Below, in pieces: positions 50,243 to 59,104 of a DNA stretch of 59,104 nt. The notes below the pieces were generated by a model. It was given only the letters and a program-made list of their open reading frames with translations. It ran no database searches and was not told the origin of the DNA. Source of the DNA: a virus (Duplodnaviria; Caudoviricetes); the IMG/VR virus record IMGVR_UViG_3300017788_000027, positions 1 through 59,104 of that record; one strand, given 5' to 3'. The translations under genes were made by a program, and so were the position numbers. Position 1 is the first letter of the stretch. Every line of letters starts with the position of its first letter.

Positions 50243-50553
50243 TGCAATTTCCTTTTCTTTAAAAATCTGTTTGTTTCTTTGATAATGTCTTTTTTGATTC
50301 TATCGGTGTCTAATTTGAAGTCTACATTATCTATGCTATCTTGATAGGTAACGAAAATCTCGTGTAGTTGTTTTTCTACATCGTTCCAATCAGTGTCTCG
50401 ACGCCTACTGATCTCTATGTTCCATACTTTACTGTCTTTGAATTTAACCTGTACAGAATGAAGGTACTTTAACGGCACCACATTGAGATTGATCTCTTCA
50501 AATACTTCAGGCCAGCGTTCAATGACATCTTTTGATAGCTTCTTAGATGTCAT
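50239..50553 (-). CDS. Hypothetical protein
   Basis: 104-aa ORF coupled to both neighbours. Confidence 0.75.
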   Translation of the reverse strand: MTSKKLSKDVIERWPEVFEEINLNVVPLKYLHSVQVKFKDSKVWNIEISRRRDTDWNDVEKQLHEIFVTYQDSIDNVDFKLDTDRIKKDIIKETNRFLKKRKLQ

Positions 50554-51182
50554 TACTTTTTCTTAGTCGGAACCAGTTCCTCTGCTTTTCTACGAAACTC
50601 AGCTGCCTGTTTAGCAAGTCGATCAGCTTGACTACGATAAAATTTAGCTTCTGATTCTACACTGTCAAAATTTGCAGGTGCAGTTTCATTTACACTTGTT
50701 GAAGTTGTTTTAGTCACATCTGCTTTTTCTGTAGGCACTTCTCTTACAGTTGCAACTTCTTTTACTTCTACATTAGAGTTGTTAACGGAGTTTGGATTTT
50801 TGATGGCTAAATCGTCGACAGCAACGCCTAACTGTTGTGCAATAGCGGCATTAAGTTCTGATAATTTTACCCTTGTTTGAAAATTAGGAATCATTTCAAC
50901 TTGATCAGTTGCTACCTTTTTTAGTAGACCTTTGGTATGCAAGGTTGCTAACATAATGCTTCCGTCTGGAAATGGTGAACGTGCTAATACTTCTGCAAAC
51001 TCACCACTGCTTTGAGCAGCAGAAGATTCTACCAATTGGATTAGCGCATCATGATAACTGTCTGGCAATGTTTCTGTTGGTATAACAAGGCAGTTGAATG
51101 CATCTCCCGGCAATGTCCTATATGCGACTAGACATTTTCTGCCGTTAGTTACAAATCTACCTACATGTTTAAGACTGACCAT
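50553..51182 (-). CDS. Hypothetical protein with C-terminal coiled coil
   Basis: 209 aa; AAGGAGG RBS. Confidence 0.8.
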   Translation of the reverse strand: MVSLKHVGRFVTNGRKCLVAYRTLPGDAFNCLVIPTETLPDSYHDALIQLVESSAAQSSGEFAEVLARSPFPDGSIMLATLHTKGLLKKVATDQVEMIPNFQTRVKLSELNAAIAQQLGVAVDDLAIKNPNSVNNSNVEVKEVATVREVPTEKADVTKTTSTSVNETAPANFDSVESEAKFYRSQADRLAKQAAEFRRKAEELVPTKKK

Positions 51183-51411
51183 TCTGGCCTCCTTTTGCAG
51201 CCACTTGGGCTAGAAAATTTGATAATTTATTGTATACTTTTCCCACAGCTTCCATTTCACCGGCTTTAAATGCACCACGTGTGCTGGCGATATCTATGAT
51301 CTGTTTCATACCAGCGAGGTCGCTGATATTGAGATCGTTGTCTGCGGTTTCTGGTTGAGCAACTGGTGCAGGTTGTTCTACAGTGTTTTTTTCTTCAGTT
51401 TTTTCAGTCAT
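51169..51411 (-). CDS. Hypothetical protein (80 aa)
   Basis: Start moved to MTEKT at 51411 (AAGGAG RBS). Confidence 0.75.
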   Translation of the reverse strand: MTEKTEEKNTVEQPAPVAQPETADNDLNISDLAGMKQIIDIASTRGAFKAGEMEAVGKVYNKLSNFLAQVAAKGGQNGQS

Positions 51412-51463
51412 GGTTTCTCCTTTGTTGACGACTACATTATATAGCCGTATACCTTTTAAGGAG

Positions 51464-51742
51464 TCACAGATTTGAATATGAGAGAAGAAAAAAACTAAGT
51501 TCTTTTTCTTGCTCGAAACCAATTTTGGTTACATAGATTATGCTGTTAGTGGAATCTAAAGAAAGACCTTGACCAATATAATATCTGCCGTTTAAATTAT
51601 TGTAAATCCATTCATCGGCACCCTTTAAAACACTCGGGCTATATTTTGATAAATTGACGTAGTGAAAATGGCGGGCCGGAAATCGCACCCGCCTAAGATC
51701 CAAAAAATTCAGTGGATTCGGCTTGCCGTTTTTAATAGGCAT
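51464..51742 (-). CDS. Hypothetical protein
   Basis: 92-aa ORF; TAATG coupling to the VWA gene. Confidence 0.7.
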   Translation of the reverse strand: MPIKNGKPNPLNFLDLRRVRFPARHFHYVNLSKYSPSVLKGADEWIYNNLNGRYYIGQGLSLDSTNSIIYVTKIGFEQEKELSFFLLSYSNL

Positions 51743-52917
51743 TACTTGATTTCTTCGTAGTATGCGTGATTACCGAAAGGAGGTACAATACTGTCGTTGC
51801 CGTGAATGATAAACAGTGTGTCGCAGTAATCTTCTTCACCCCAACTGTCCCATGGATACCCATCAGTGAACATGATAAACTTTTTAGGTTGGATGTCATG
51901 ATCTTTCATGTACACCCAGTTAGCCATAAAGTCAGTACCACCTCCACCTTTTACTTCATAGGCCATGATGTCATCATTGTAACCATCAAAGTCGGCTTCA
52001 TTGTAGACCTTGGTATCAAAGCACCACAATTTGATCTTGTAGTCTTTGTATTCTTCCATGATGCCTTTGACCTCGCTTAGGAAGTCTTTGGCCTGTGCAT
52101 CGCCGATACTGCCACTCATGTCGATGGCGATACAGACATCGATGGTCTCATCATTTTTAAGACCAGGAAGAACTGCACCCATGTGCCAACCTTTGCGGTT
52201 AGGACGAGTGAAACTGTAGTCGTTTTTGATCAAACTTTGGATCTGCTGACGTAGCAATTCGCGCCAGTTCATCTTTGGTTCAGTCAATTCTTTGATCATG
52301 CGTTGGACACTGGCAGGAGTGTGACCTGCACCTGCGGCATGTGCAGCCTGCATGGTAGCTTCGCGGATCTCATCGCGGATCTTTTTTAGCTCATCTTTGC
52401 TGTATTGTGGCTGGCCGTTCTTGCCTTTCTTCCCCCAATCGATGTGTTCATCGAGAAGTTGTCCTAAGGCATTGAGTTGTTCTTCATCGTATTTGTTGTA
52501 GATCTCGTCGTAGACCTGTTCGGCACTATGACCGTAATACTTGCTGTCGTGAAATATTTGAATATCGGGAATATTGTGGTCGCCGATACGGTCACGCACT
52601 AATTGACCGTTTACACAATAGTCTGCGGCAATATTAAAAATTTGGGCATCTCTGCTTTCACGACGACTCATGTGATCAAAAACATTGTGCAGTATCTCGT
52701 GAGCAATCACAAACTCTACTTGTTTGGTAGTGAGTTTTTCAAAAAAGTTACGATTGTAAAACAAGTGACGTCCGTCAGTGGCCGCGGTAGGACACCAATC
52801 AGTGCATTCTTGAATCTTAAGGCGTGTGGCCATATTGCCGAAAAACGGATGACGTAGTAGCAGTCCAACTCGTGCTACAATGATCTTGTCGATGATAGGA
52901 TCTAGATTGTGTTGCAT
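51742..52917 (-). CDS. Metallopeptidase-like (HExxH) plus VWA domain protein (DUF2201-like), partner of the MoxR ATPase
   Basis: TAATDG and HEILH; MIDAS elements IDMSGS, GGGGTDF and FTDG. Confidence 0.9.
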   Translation of the reverse strand: MQHNLDPIIDKIIVARVGLLLRHPFFGNMATRLKIQECTDWCPTAATDGRHLFYNRNFFEKLTTKQVEFVIAHEILHNVFDHMSRRESRDAQIFNIAADYCVNGQLVRDRIGDHNIPDIQIFHDSKYYGHSAEQVYDEIYNKYDEEQLNALGQLLDEHIDWGKKGKNGQPQYSKDELKKIRDEIREATMQAAHAAGAGHTPASVQRMIKELTEPKMNWRELLRQQIQSLIKNDYSFTRPNRKGWHMGAVLPGLKNDETIDVCIAIDMSGSIGDAQAKDFLSEVKGIMEEYKDYKIKLWCFDTKVYNEADFDGYNDDIMAYEVKGGGGTDFMANWVYMKDHDIQPKKFIMFTDGYPWDSWGEEDYCDTLFIIHGNDSIVPPFGNHAYYEEIK

Positions 52918-52946
52918 TTCGGCTCCTGAACTTTACTATATTTAAT

Positions 52947-52975
52947 ATTATAACACCGCCCGTGGGCGGTGTCAA
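52947..52975 (-). promoter_or_regulatory. Consensus sigma70 promoter with a palindromic spacer
   Basis: TTGACA-17 nt-TATAAT; inverted repeat ACACCGCCC-GT-GGGCGGTGT at 52953-52972. Confidence 0.85.
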
Positions 52976-52980
52976 TCTGC

Positions 52981-54072
52981 TTAACGTTTTTCAGTTGCCG
53001 CCGAAATGTACTTACCAAACTTTTCGTGAAACTCGTCGAAGCAAGCAATTTCGTCCGGATCCAACGGCAAGTTGTATTGGGTAAGGGCAAGTTTAGTCGC
53101 CATAATCACCAATTCAGTTTCAAAGTTCTTCATGATAAATTCGAAGAAACAGTTGACCTGATCATTCCAATCTTTAGCGTTCTTGTCGCTGGCATCTTTG
53201 AGCTCATAGCAGAGGCTAACAGCCAAAGAATACATAGCGGAGATTTCTTTGGTCTCCATCTTCTTGACCTTGCCTTTAAGGATGTCAGTGGGATTAGGCA
53301 TCTTGCTGGAGTGTTTACGGTGAGCCATAAACTTAAGAGCAAGTCCTTCACCAACAGCACCAGAGATAAGATCAGTTAGTGTGTTTTCATCGCTGTCCTC
53401 ATCTTCTAGCAGTTCGCTGACAAAAGTCCAAGAACGCGGAGTAGCAAATGCACGGCTAGTGCTTTTAGGGTCAAAGTCGTACAAGTCCTTCTTAGAGAAG
53501 GTCAAGTATCCCACGACGTCTTTGTGGATGCGATTTTCTGTAGCCCAGAAACTGTAGTCGTCCCAGCTAACAGCCATTTCCAAATGGATGAAACGATTAG
53601 CCAACGGAGCAGGCATGCGATAAGTCACGCCTTTGTCTGCTTCACGGTTGCCAGCGGCGACAATTAGAACATTGTCTGGGAGGTGATATGTACCTACACG
53701 ACGATTGAGAACCAGCTGATAAGCCGCAGCCTGCACAGCCGGAGGAGCCGAATTCATTTCATCTAAGAACAGGATGATGTTTTTGTGTTGAGCAGCCATG
53801 TCAGCATCGGGCAGTTCAGACGGAGGAGCCCAAACCATCTTATTTGAATTGCTGTCAAAATAAGGAATACCTTTGATGTCGGTGGGTTCCCAAAGGCTTA
53901 GTCGAACATCGATGACATGAGCACCGAGGTCTTCGCCCAGTTGCTTGACGATGTCTGATTTACCAATTCCGGGAGGACCCCAAAGGAAAATTGGACGACG
54001 TTTTGAAAAACCTTTTTGGATGGCTTTTTTAGCAGCCTTAGGGCCTACGGTGCGTGAAACGATTTCGCTCAT
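52981..54072 (-). CDS. MoxR-type AAA+ ATPase
   Basis: Walker A GPPGIGKS, Walker B ILFLDEMN, AAGNR, LANRF and ATPRSW. Confidence 0.92.
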   Translation of the reverse strand: MSEIVSRTVGPKAAKKAIQKGFSKRRPIFLWGPPGIGKSDIVKQLGEDLGAHVIDVRLSLWEPTDIKGIPYFDSNSNKMVWAPPSELPDADMAAQHKNIILFLDEMNSAPPAVQAAAYQLVLNRRVGTYHLPDNVLIVAAGNREADKGVTYRMPAPLANRFIHLEMAVSWDDYSFWATENRIHKDVVGYLTFSKKDLYDFDPKSTSRAFATPRSWTFVSELLEDEDSDENTLTDLISGAVGEGLALKFMAHRKHSSKMPNPTDILKGKVKKMETKEISAMYSLAVSLCYELKDASDKNAKDWNDQVNCFFEFIMKNFETELVIMATKLALTQYNLPLDPDEIACFDEFHEKFGKYISAATEKR

Positions 54073-54124
54073 TTGCAGTTCCTATCAGTAGTTAAAAAAC
54101 ATGGAAATTTGTTACCATGTTCTT

Positions 54125-54153
54125 ATTATACGATAAGTTTGCGGTTTAGTCAA
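54125..54153 (-). promoter_or_regulatory. Sigma70-type promoter upstream of the MoxR ATPase
   Basis: TTGACT-17 nt-TATAAT. Confidence 0.85.
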
Positions 54154-54159
54154 GCAGTT

Positions 54160-54558
54160 TCAGTCACTATTTTCAGATTTTTTCCTAGCGTTCATAGCCT
54201 TAACCAACCCATATTTTCGTATGTCGTCACTAAACATATATAATTCAAAGGCTTTTTTTTCGGAAAAAACGGTCAAACTTTTTTGGGTAAGGTAGTAAGG
54301 ACAATCGATAAATCTATCAAAAAATATGATAGTTTGGGGACTGAGTTCGATATGCTCAGTAAATGGCACTTCGTACTCTTTTATAGACAACCTATTTACC
54401 AAATGATTGTAACCTTCTTCGGTCAATCGCAACCCGCCGCTGTCTTTGGTTCTAGTGTTTTGCCACCAAAGCCTGTGATGCAATTTTACATTGGCATCAT
54501 CACAGGACTTTTCCTGTTCTTTCAAAAAAATTTTTGTGTATGTTAGGCTGTTAATCAT
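54160..54558 (-). CDS. Hypothetical protein
   Basis: 132 aa; ATGA coupling to the upstream gene. Confidence 0.75.
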   Translation of the reverse strand: MINSLTYTKIFLKEQEKSCDDANVKLHHRLWWQNTRTKDSGGLRLTEEGYNHLVNRLSIKEYEVPFTEHIELSPQTIIFFDRFIDCPYYLTQKSLTVFSEKKAFELYMFSDDIRKYGLVKAMNARKKSENSD

Positions 54559-54839
54559 TTTAACGTTTGACCCGAAGTCAATATAACAACTTCGAAATCT
54601 TTACAGCCGAAAGTTAGATTTAGTTTTTTAGCAAGATTGATAGCATGACCGGGATTACTAAATGCTACTTTTTTGTATTTAGGACCGGGGTAGCTGGTAA
54701 TACTGCTGAATGATTTAAGATTAAAAGGCTGTCCCTTGTAAAACACAGCCCAGATAGCTTCCGCTTCTAAAATCTGTTCAGTTTTATAAGTTTTTTTATT
54801 TGTGTACTCTAAGAGTACTTTTGGTTTTGGGCGACTCAT
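54555..54839 (-). CDS. Hypothetical basic protein
   Basis: 94 aa; GAGGA RBS; TAAATA core upstream at 54867-54872. Confidence 0.75.
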   Translation of the reverse strand: MSRPKPKVLLEYTNKKTYKTEQILEAEAIWAVFYKGQPFNLKSFSSITSYPGPKYKKVAFSNPGHAINLAKKLNLTFGCKDFEVVILTSGQTLK

Positions 54840-54876
54840 ACATACGTCCTCGAAAAAGCACGTATATATTTATCTT

Positions 54877-55128
54877 TTAGTTAGAGGGTTTAAAGTCGCC
54901 ACCATCTACTTGAACTTCGATAACAGGATTATCGGCACTACTTTTTAACGCATGAAACAACGATTCATAATCTTGAGTCAATTTGCTAGTGACTTCGCCG
55001 ATAGTGAAAGCTAGTTGTTTGGCAGTTCGCATATCTAATTTTATTTCTTTTTGTTGACTCATGTCTGCCATTTTTACCTGTTGAATAAACTGTTGTAATG
55101 GTACAGTATTGATTGGACTACTTTGCAT
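54877..55128 (-). CDS. Hypothetical protein
   Basis: 83 aa; GGAGG RBS. Confidence 0.7.
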   Translation of the reverse strand: MQSSPINTVPLQQFIQQVKMADMSQQKEIKLDMRTAKQLAFTIGEVTSKLTQDYESLFHALKSSADNPVIEVQVDGGDFKPSN

Positions 55129-55591
55129 TAGCTAATGCCTCCCTAGCTTCTTCTTCAGTTTTAAACGGCCCTTCATATGGATAACGTTCAATAGTGATTA
55201 ATTTTGGACAAAAACTTCGAACCCAATTCTTAGGAAACTTGATAATATAATGACCAGCACAGAACAAACTTTTGCTTTGATTGCTTTTGGTAAAAAGTGG
55301 AAGTTTACGTCTGACATCATACATACCGTTACATGGCGTCCATCTTGTGGGATATCCGTAACAGTCATTTGTGTTGATACTAGATACAGTTGTTTTAATT
55401 CCTCTTAAGAAAAAATCTGAACCGAATTGTTTGGTAATTTCGGATTTTTTATTAAAGTAATATTCACCGTTATAAGAACTCAAAATATATTTGTTACCTT
55501 CTTTTTTATGTAAAGTTCCTACTTTTCTACCGGCTTCTTCTACAATCCATAAAACACCATCGACTATGGGTTTAGCATGTAGTTCAGTCAT
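55118..55591 (-). CDS. Hypothetical protein
   Basis: Start moved to MTELH at 55591 (ATGA overlap, GGAG RBS). Confidence 0.75.
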   Translation of the reverse strand: MTELHAKPIVDGVLWIVEEAGRKVGTLHKKEGNKYILSSYNGEYYFNKKSEITKQFGSDFFLRGIKTTVSSINTNDCYGYPTRWTPCNGMYDVRRKLPLFTKSNQSKSLFCAGHYIIKFPKNWVRSFCPKLITIERYPYEGPFKTEEEAREALANAK

Positions 55592-55770
55592 AGTTTTATC
55601 ACTCCTTTTCTTTGTCGATGGATGAATTCTCTTTTCAACCACCATTTGTATTTTTTAAAATAATCTTCTCGTGTGTAGTCTGGAAATTTTTGATTATATA
55701 TCTCAAATTCATTTTTATGATCGAACCACATGTGATTTAACCATCTTTTAAATTGGCTGTTATCTTTCAT
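55588..55770 (-). CDS. Small hypothetical protein
   Basis: 60 aa; ATGA overlaps at both ends. Confidence 0.65.
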   Translation of the reverse strand: MKDNSQFKRWLNHMWFDHKNEFEIYNQKFPDYTREDYFKKYKWWLKREFIHRQRKGVIKL

Positions 55771-56687
55771 TGTTCTGCTTCACAGTCATTGAACACGTGA
55801 GTATCTGGATCATAGGCAATGCCCTGCCATTCTTTTACTTTAATTTTTTCGTCGTTCCAATCATTGTGCCAAAATTTACCATTCCAAATAGCCTGATAAC
55901 TGTAGCCGTCTTTGGTTTTAACATTGTACTTGCCAACACGCTCTGGGATTTTTTTAGCAGGAAACCATTGTGATAGACTGTATTCAATATCATCCATGTC
56001 TTTGTATCGTTCAAACTTGCCAGTGCCTTCAGATGAACCTGCGATATAAAATCCAAAGTCTGAACTCTTGCCGCTAGTGTCACCACCTTCATTGCTGAGT
56101 TCTTCTCCGTCATAGGTGACAGAAGTAACGATCTCATTTCCATCGATCTCGTCGTAGTGAAGACACAGCTTGCCAGGATTGAACGGCATTTTAAGTTCAA
56201 GATCAGCTTCGAAGAATGTGCCTTTTTCACTGCTGGTGCCAACAAACACTACAGTGCCTTTAGGTTGACTATCAATCCATATTTCTTCACTGCCACCCCA
56301 TTCTGGCTCTGGAGGATCTTCGTATTCACCACCGCCACTGATACTTTCTAATTCTTTTTCATAAACGACGTTGCCATTCTCATCTTCGACTTGTAAAGTT
56401 CCAGAATTGCGATCTACTCCCCAGCTATGACCCAAGTTATCACAGTCATGCCAGTTGCCAGGTTCGAAAGGCAGCATATCTTCGGGTATATTGTTTTCTT
56501 CAGCATATTCGTAACCCCAGGCAAATTCGCTGACATCTAATCTACGTTGTCGGAAATAATCGTAGATTTTTCTATCTACAGTGCCCATAACATATTCACC
56601 ACCATAGCCCCAAAGTCTTAGTTTATAAGTTCTCGGTGTAAATTTAAGTATTTCGATCAGTTCTTCTTTTTCTTGCGTAGTGGCCAT
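55767..56687 (-). CDS. Acidic hypothetical protein with Trp-rich C-terminal (DUF551-like) module
   Basis: Start moved to MATTQ at 56687 (AGGAG RBS); C-terminal WFPAKKIP...G.Y.V...WNG..W...V.EWQG. Confidence 0.7.
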   Translation of the reverse strand: MATTQEKEELIEILKFTPRTYKLRLWGYGGEYVMGTVDRKIYDYFRQRRLDVSEFAWGYEYAEENNIPEDMLPFEPGNWHDCDNLGHSWGVDRNSGTLQVEDENGNVVYEKELESISGGGEYEDPPEPEWGGSEEIWIDSQPKGTVVFVGTSSEKGTFFEADLELKMPFNPGKLCLHYDEIDGNEIVTSVTYDGEELSNEGGDTSGKSSDFGFYIAGSSEGTGKFERYKDMDDIEYSLSQWFPAKKIPERVGKYNVKTKDGYSYQAIWNGKFWHNDWNDEKIKVKEWQGIAYDPDTHVFNDCEAEQ

Positions 56688-56688
56688 T

Positions 56689-57657
56689 TTATTCTCCTGG
56701 ATAGTTTGCCTGAAATGGTTCTGAATAAAGTTGAATACTGTCGCTGATTTTTTTAAGATCATAGAGGTTGCAGAATTTTAACAGCCTAATACCAACTTGG
56801 CTGATATTTTTAGGCTTGCTGCCTTCTCTTATAGTATTAACAATAAGTTCTTTGATATTATCTGGTTGATGTCCGAGATCAATTAGTTTACGATTGCGTT
56901 CATAATCATCCAACACACGATGTTCTACGCCGTTGTGATCAACCCAACGCTGTAACATGAGATTGTTCCATGCAAAGCCTTTTTTACTACGGTCATCAAA
57001 TGCTTCTTGTAGTTTATTTTTTCGAACCTTAGGATATGCGCTGAATACGTTGTCTGTGGGATCGCCACGCATACATTTTTCAAATAACAGCCATTCTGGA
57101 TTAGGAACGTCTTTGGCAGCGCCAGTTTTCTTGTCTACCACACGTTTGCCTTTTTTATCTAAAACGCCTTCGTGTGTAATAGTGGTTTCCATGACACCGT
57201 TATATTGACGTACATTTGGAGCAATAAGTTGTACAAAATCACTGTCTGTGCTGATGATAACGTGGTTATCTTTAGGATGATTTTGTATGAAGCCAGCAAT
57301 GAGATCATCGGCTTCTAATTGCGGGTTGTACAATACTGTACAATTGGTTTTTTCACTGACAAAGTTTTTGAACTCGTCAAAGGCTTCCCAGAAGATCTTT
57401 TCTTCTTCAGCTTCTCGTTCATTGTGTGCGGCACGTGCTTCAGCACGGTTACGCTTGTAAGGTTCGTAGTAATCTTTGCGCCAACTACGACCTTCAAGGC
57501 AAAAAACAACGTGGTCACCGTTGAAATCGGTCCACGCTTTTTTGATACTGTTTAGTGTGATATGAAACGCCATACCAAGTTTGATATCGGCACTTCCGTT
57601 TATTACGTGTCTAGCACGAAAAAAAGTATTGGCAGTATCCACCAAAATATAGTTCAT
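56689..57657 (-). CDS. rnh: T4 RNase H-like 5'-3' exonuclease (flap nuclease)
   Basis: ILVDTAN, WRKDYYEPYKRNR, EADDLIA, ISTDSDFVQL and GDPTDNV. Confidence 0.92.
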   Translation of the reverse strand: MNYILVDTANTFFRARHVINGSADIKLGMAFHITLNSIKKAWTDFNGDHVVFCLEGRSWRKDYYEPYKRNRAEARAAHNEREAEEEKIFWEAFDEFKNFVSEKTNCTVLYNPQLEADDLIAGFIQNHPKDNHVIISTDSDFVQLIAPNVRQYNGVMETTITHEGVLDKKGKRVVDKKTGAAKDVPNPEWLLFEKCMRGDPTDNVFSAYPKVRKNKLQEAFDDRSKKGFAWNNLMLQRWVDHNGVEHRVLDDYERNRKLIDLGHQPDNIKELIVNTIREGSKPKNISQVGIRLLKFCNLYDLKKISDSIQLYSEPFQANYPGE

Positions 57658-58082
57658 TTGACCTCTGCTTTGCCATCTGCAAGTTTGTTCACGTTAATGT
57701 AGCCAGCACCACGACTAGTGTCCTGACCTTCTTCGGCTAGTACGTTACGGGCAAGGTCTCGAAACCAACGATCTACTATATCTTCGTCTTTGTCGCCATC
57801 ATAACCATATCCAGCTTGTCTTAATTGTACAATGAAATACTCATTCCAGTCAAGCTCAAAAAAGCCATTTCTAACATTTTCTTTGTTGACATGCGTGTCC
57901 AAAACAGCAATATACGGTTCGCCTTGTGCTGTGGCTCGTTCTTTTGGAGTCATTTTGGCAAGTTCTTCTTCTCGTTTTGCCTGTTCAGCAATCAATCTAG
58001 CAGCCTCAGCCTGGGCAAGAGCATCTGTTTTTTCTTGTTCTAATCGTTCAATTCCTGTGATCCTTTTTATCCAATTTTTCAT
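57654..58082 (-). CDS. Hypothetical protein
   Basis: Start taken at 58082 (TAATG coupling to the queE stop); alternative start at 58094. Confidence 0.75.
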   Translation of the reverse strand: MKNWIKRITGIERLEQEKTDALAQAEAARLIAEQAKREEELAKMTPKERATAQGEPYIAVLDTHVNKENVRNGFFELDWNEYFIVQLRQAGYGYDGDKDEDIVDRWFRDLARNVLAEEGQDTSRGAGYINVNKLADGKAEVK

Positions 58083-58933
58083 TAAGTTCCCCACTCATTT
58101 TTGAATAATGGTACTTGTAGTCTATCACTGTAACGAAGACCGTTTTTCATTGCTAGTTCTGCTACACGACGGTTGTTTAGTGTGTAGACACTTTCTACGC
58201 CACCCACAGGCATCAAATATACAGGACCTTCAAACCCCTCTGCACGATAAATGTCCACAGTCTCTAATGCTTCTTCGGCGTCGTCTTCTGTAGCAACAAC
58301 AAATTTTAAATATGTATAGCCAACTTCCTCATAACCACAGACGACATCTGGCCTGATAGCAATATTCCTTGATTCGCCACTGCAACTTAATTTTGCACTT
58401 ACGCTGAATGTAAGTTTATCGTAGCCACGATTTTCTATACCCCAATCTAAAAGATATTTTCTAAACTCTGGAGTAAGTTCCTGAGTACCGTTAGTTTCAA
58501 ATGTAAGTTCTCTTAATCTTCGCATACTAGGATGATCTAATAGTGCTGGGTAGATGTTTTGCCATTTTAGTAATGGTTCTCCACCAGTGATAACTAAGTG
58601 TTCATCCTCCCATCGCTTGTAGGGAAGTATGCTCATTATGTTGTTTACGATCTCATCAGGTGTGTAAAATGGACTCAGATGTTTGAATGCAGGGTGCCAG
58701 CTGGCATAACTGTCACAACCTGTGCTTACTAACGGTAGTTCTTCATAACTTTTATACAAATGAACATTGGCTGCAATTGGTTCAACTTCTGCAGTTAACT
58801 CATCTCGAGGCATACCAAACCCTGCGCATTTAAAATTACATCCGAAGGTACGCATAAACACAGACGGGACGCCCATGTAGCGCCCTTCACCTTGTATGCT
58901 GTAAAATAGTTCTGCTAATTTTATCTTTTCCAT
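58082..58933 (-). CDS. queE: 7-carboxy-7-deazaguanine synthase QueE-like radical SAM enzyme
   Basis: ELFYSIQGEG...GVPSVFMRTFGCN, CDS, ITGGEP, ETNGT, LKFVV and RLQV. Confidence 0.85.
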   Translation of the reverse strand: MEKIKLAELFYSIQGEGRYMGVPSVFMRTFGCNFKCAGFGMPRDELTAEVEPIAANVHLYKSYEELPLVSTGCDSYASWHPAFKHLSPFYTPDEIVNNIMSILPYKRWEDEHLVITGGEPLLKWQNIYPALLDHPSMRRLRELTFETNGTQELTPEFRKYLLDWGIENRGYDKLTFSVSAKLSCSGESRNIAIRPDVVCGYEEVGYTYLKFVVATEDDAEEALETVDIYRAEGFEGPVYLMPVGGVESVYTLNNRRVAELAMKNGLRYSDRLQVPLFKNEWGT

Positions 58934-59103
58934 TAACTGTCTCTCATTGCATCCATGGTCAGTTCTTTGCCATATACGTGTGCCACTGGTTTCAAATAAC
59001 CATACTCTAATGCTTGCATTATAACATATTTGTATTCTTTAGGGCAAGATTGTGATATTTCAAATCCTGCTCTTGGTGCAGTAACGATGCCGTCAATTAA
59101 AGT
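58933..59103 (-). CDS. Hypothetical protein, C-terminal part (starts beyond the window)
   Basis: Open frame ...TLIDGIVTAPRAGFEISQSCPKEYKYVIMQALEYGYLKPVAHVYGKELTMDAMRDS*; TAATG coupling to queE. Confidence 0.7.
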   Translation of the reverse strand, partial: TLIDGIVTAPRAGFEISQSCPKEYKYVIMQALEYGYLKPVAHVYGKELTMDAMRDS

Positions 59104-59104
59104 A

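Noticed and set aside
51766-58293. Plus-strand and alternate-frame ORFs over the VWA, MoxR, rnh and queE genes and neighbouring hypotheticals
   Set aside because: They overlap well-supported minus-strand genes and show no independent coding signal.
1-59104. Stop-codon reassignment, as in some jumbo phages
   Set aside because: Genes are intact in the standard code, including a 4648-aa ORF, and TAA, TGA and TAG (55118-55120) all end genes.

Overview
Fragment of a large, T4-superfamily-related (jumbo-type) myophage genome in the standard genetic code. It has four blocks. (1) 1-2264, minus strand: gp46/gp47 recombination nuclease and a gp55-like late sigma factor. (2) 2343-32002, plus strand: late baseplate and tail module with tube-initiator-like, gp53-, hub-, gp5-, gp25- and gp6-like genes, a 4648-aa gp7-like protein carrying carbohydrate-binding and beta-propeller modules, and three paralogous fibre genes. 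TAAATA late-promoter cores sit in its intergenic gaps. (3) 32061-49048, plus strand: an 18-gene operon in which every junction overlaps, behind a sigma70-type promoter. It encodes four to five glycosyltransferase-like proteins, a repeat-fused methyltransferase, eight radical SAM enzymes (one split in two) and a QueC-like ATP pyrophosphatase. This is the best candidate for an undescribed system, most plausibly phage-encoded synthesis of a heavily tailored glycan for the virion; a DNA or host-surface target is not excluded. (4) 49041-59104, minus strand: a 2OG-Fe(II)-type oxygenase, thyX, a MoxR ATPase with a VWA-metallopeptidase partner, RNase H, a QueE with an atypical cluster motif, and hypotheticals. 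No tRNA, rRNA, CRISPR array, integrase or transposase was seen. All calls come from motif recognition by eye; no database searches were run.
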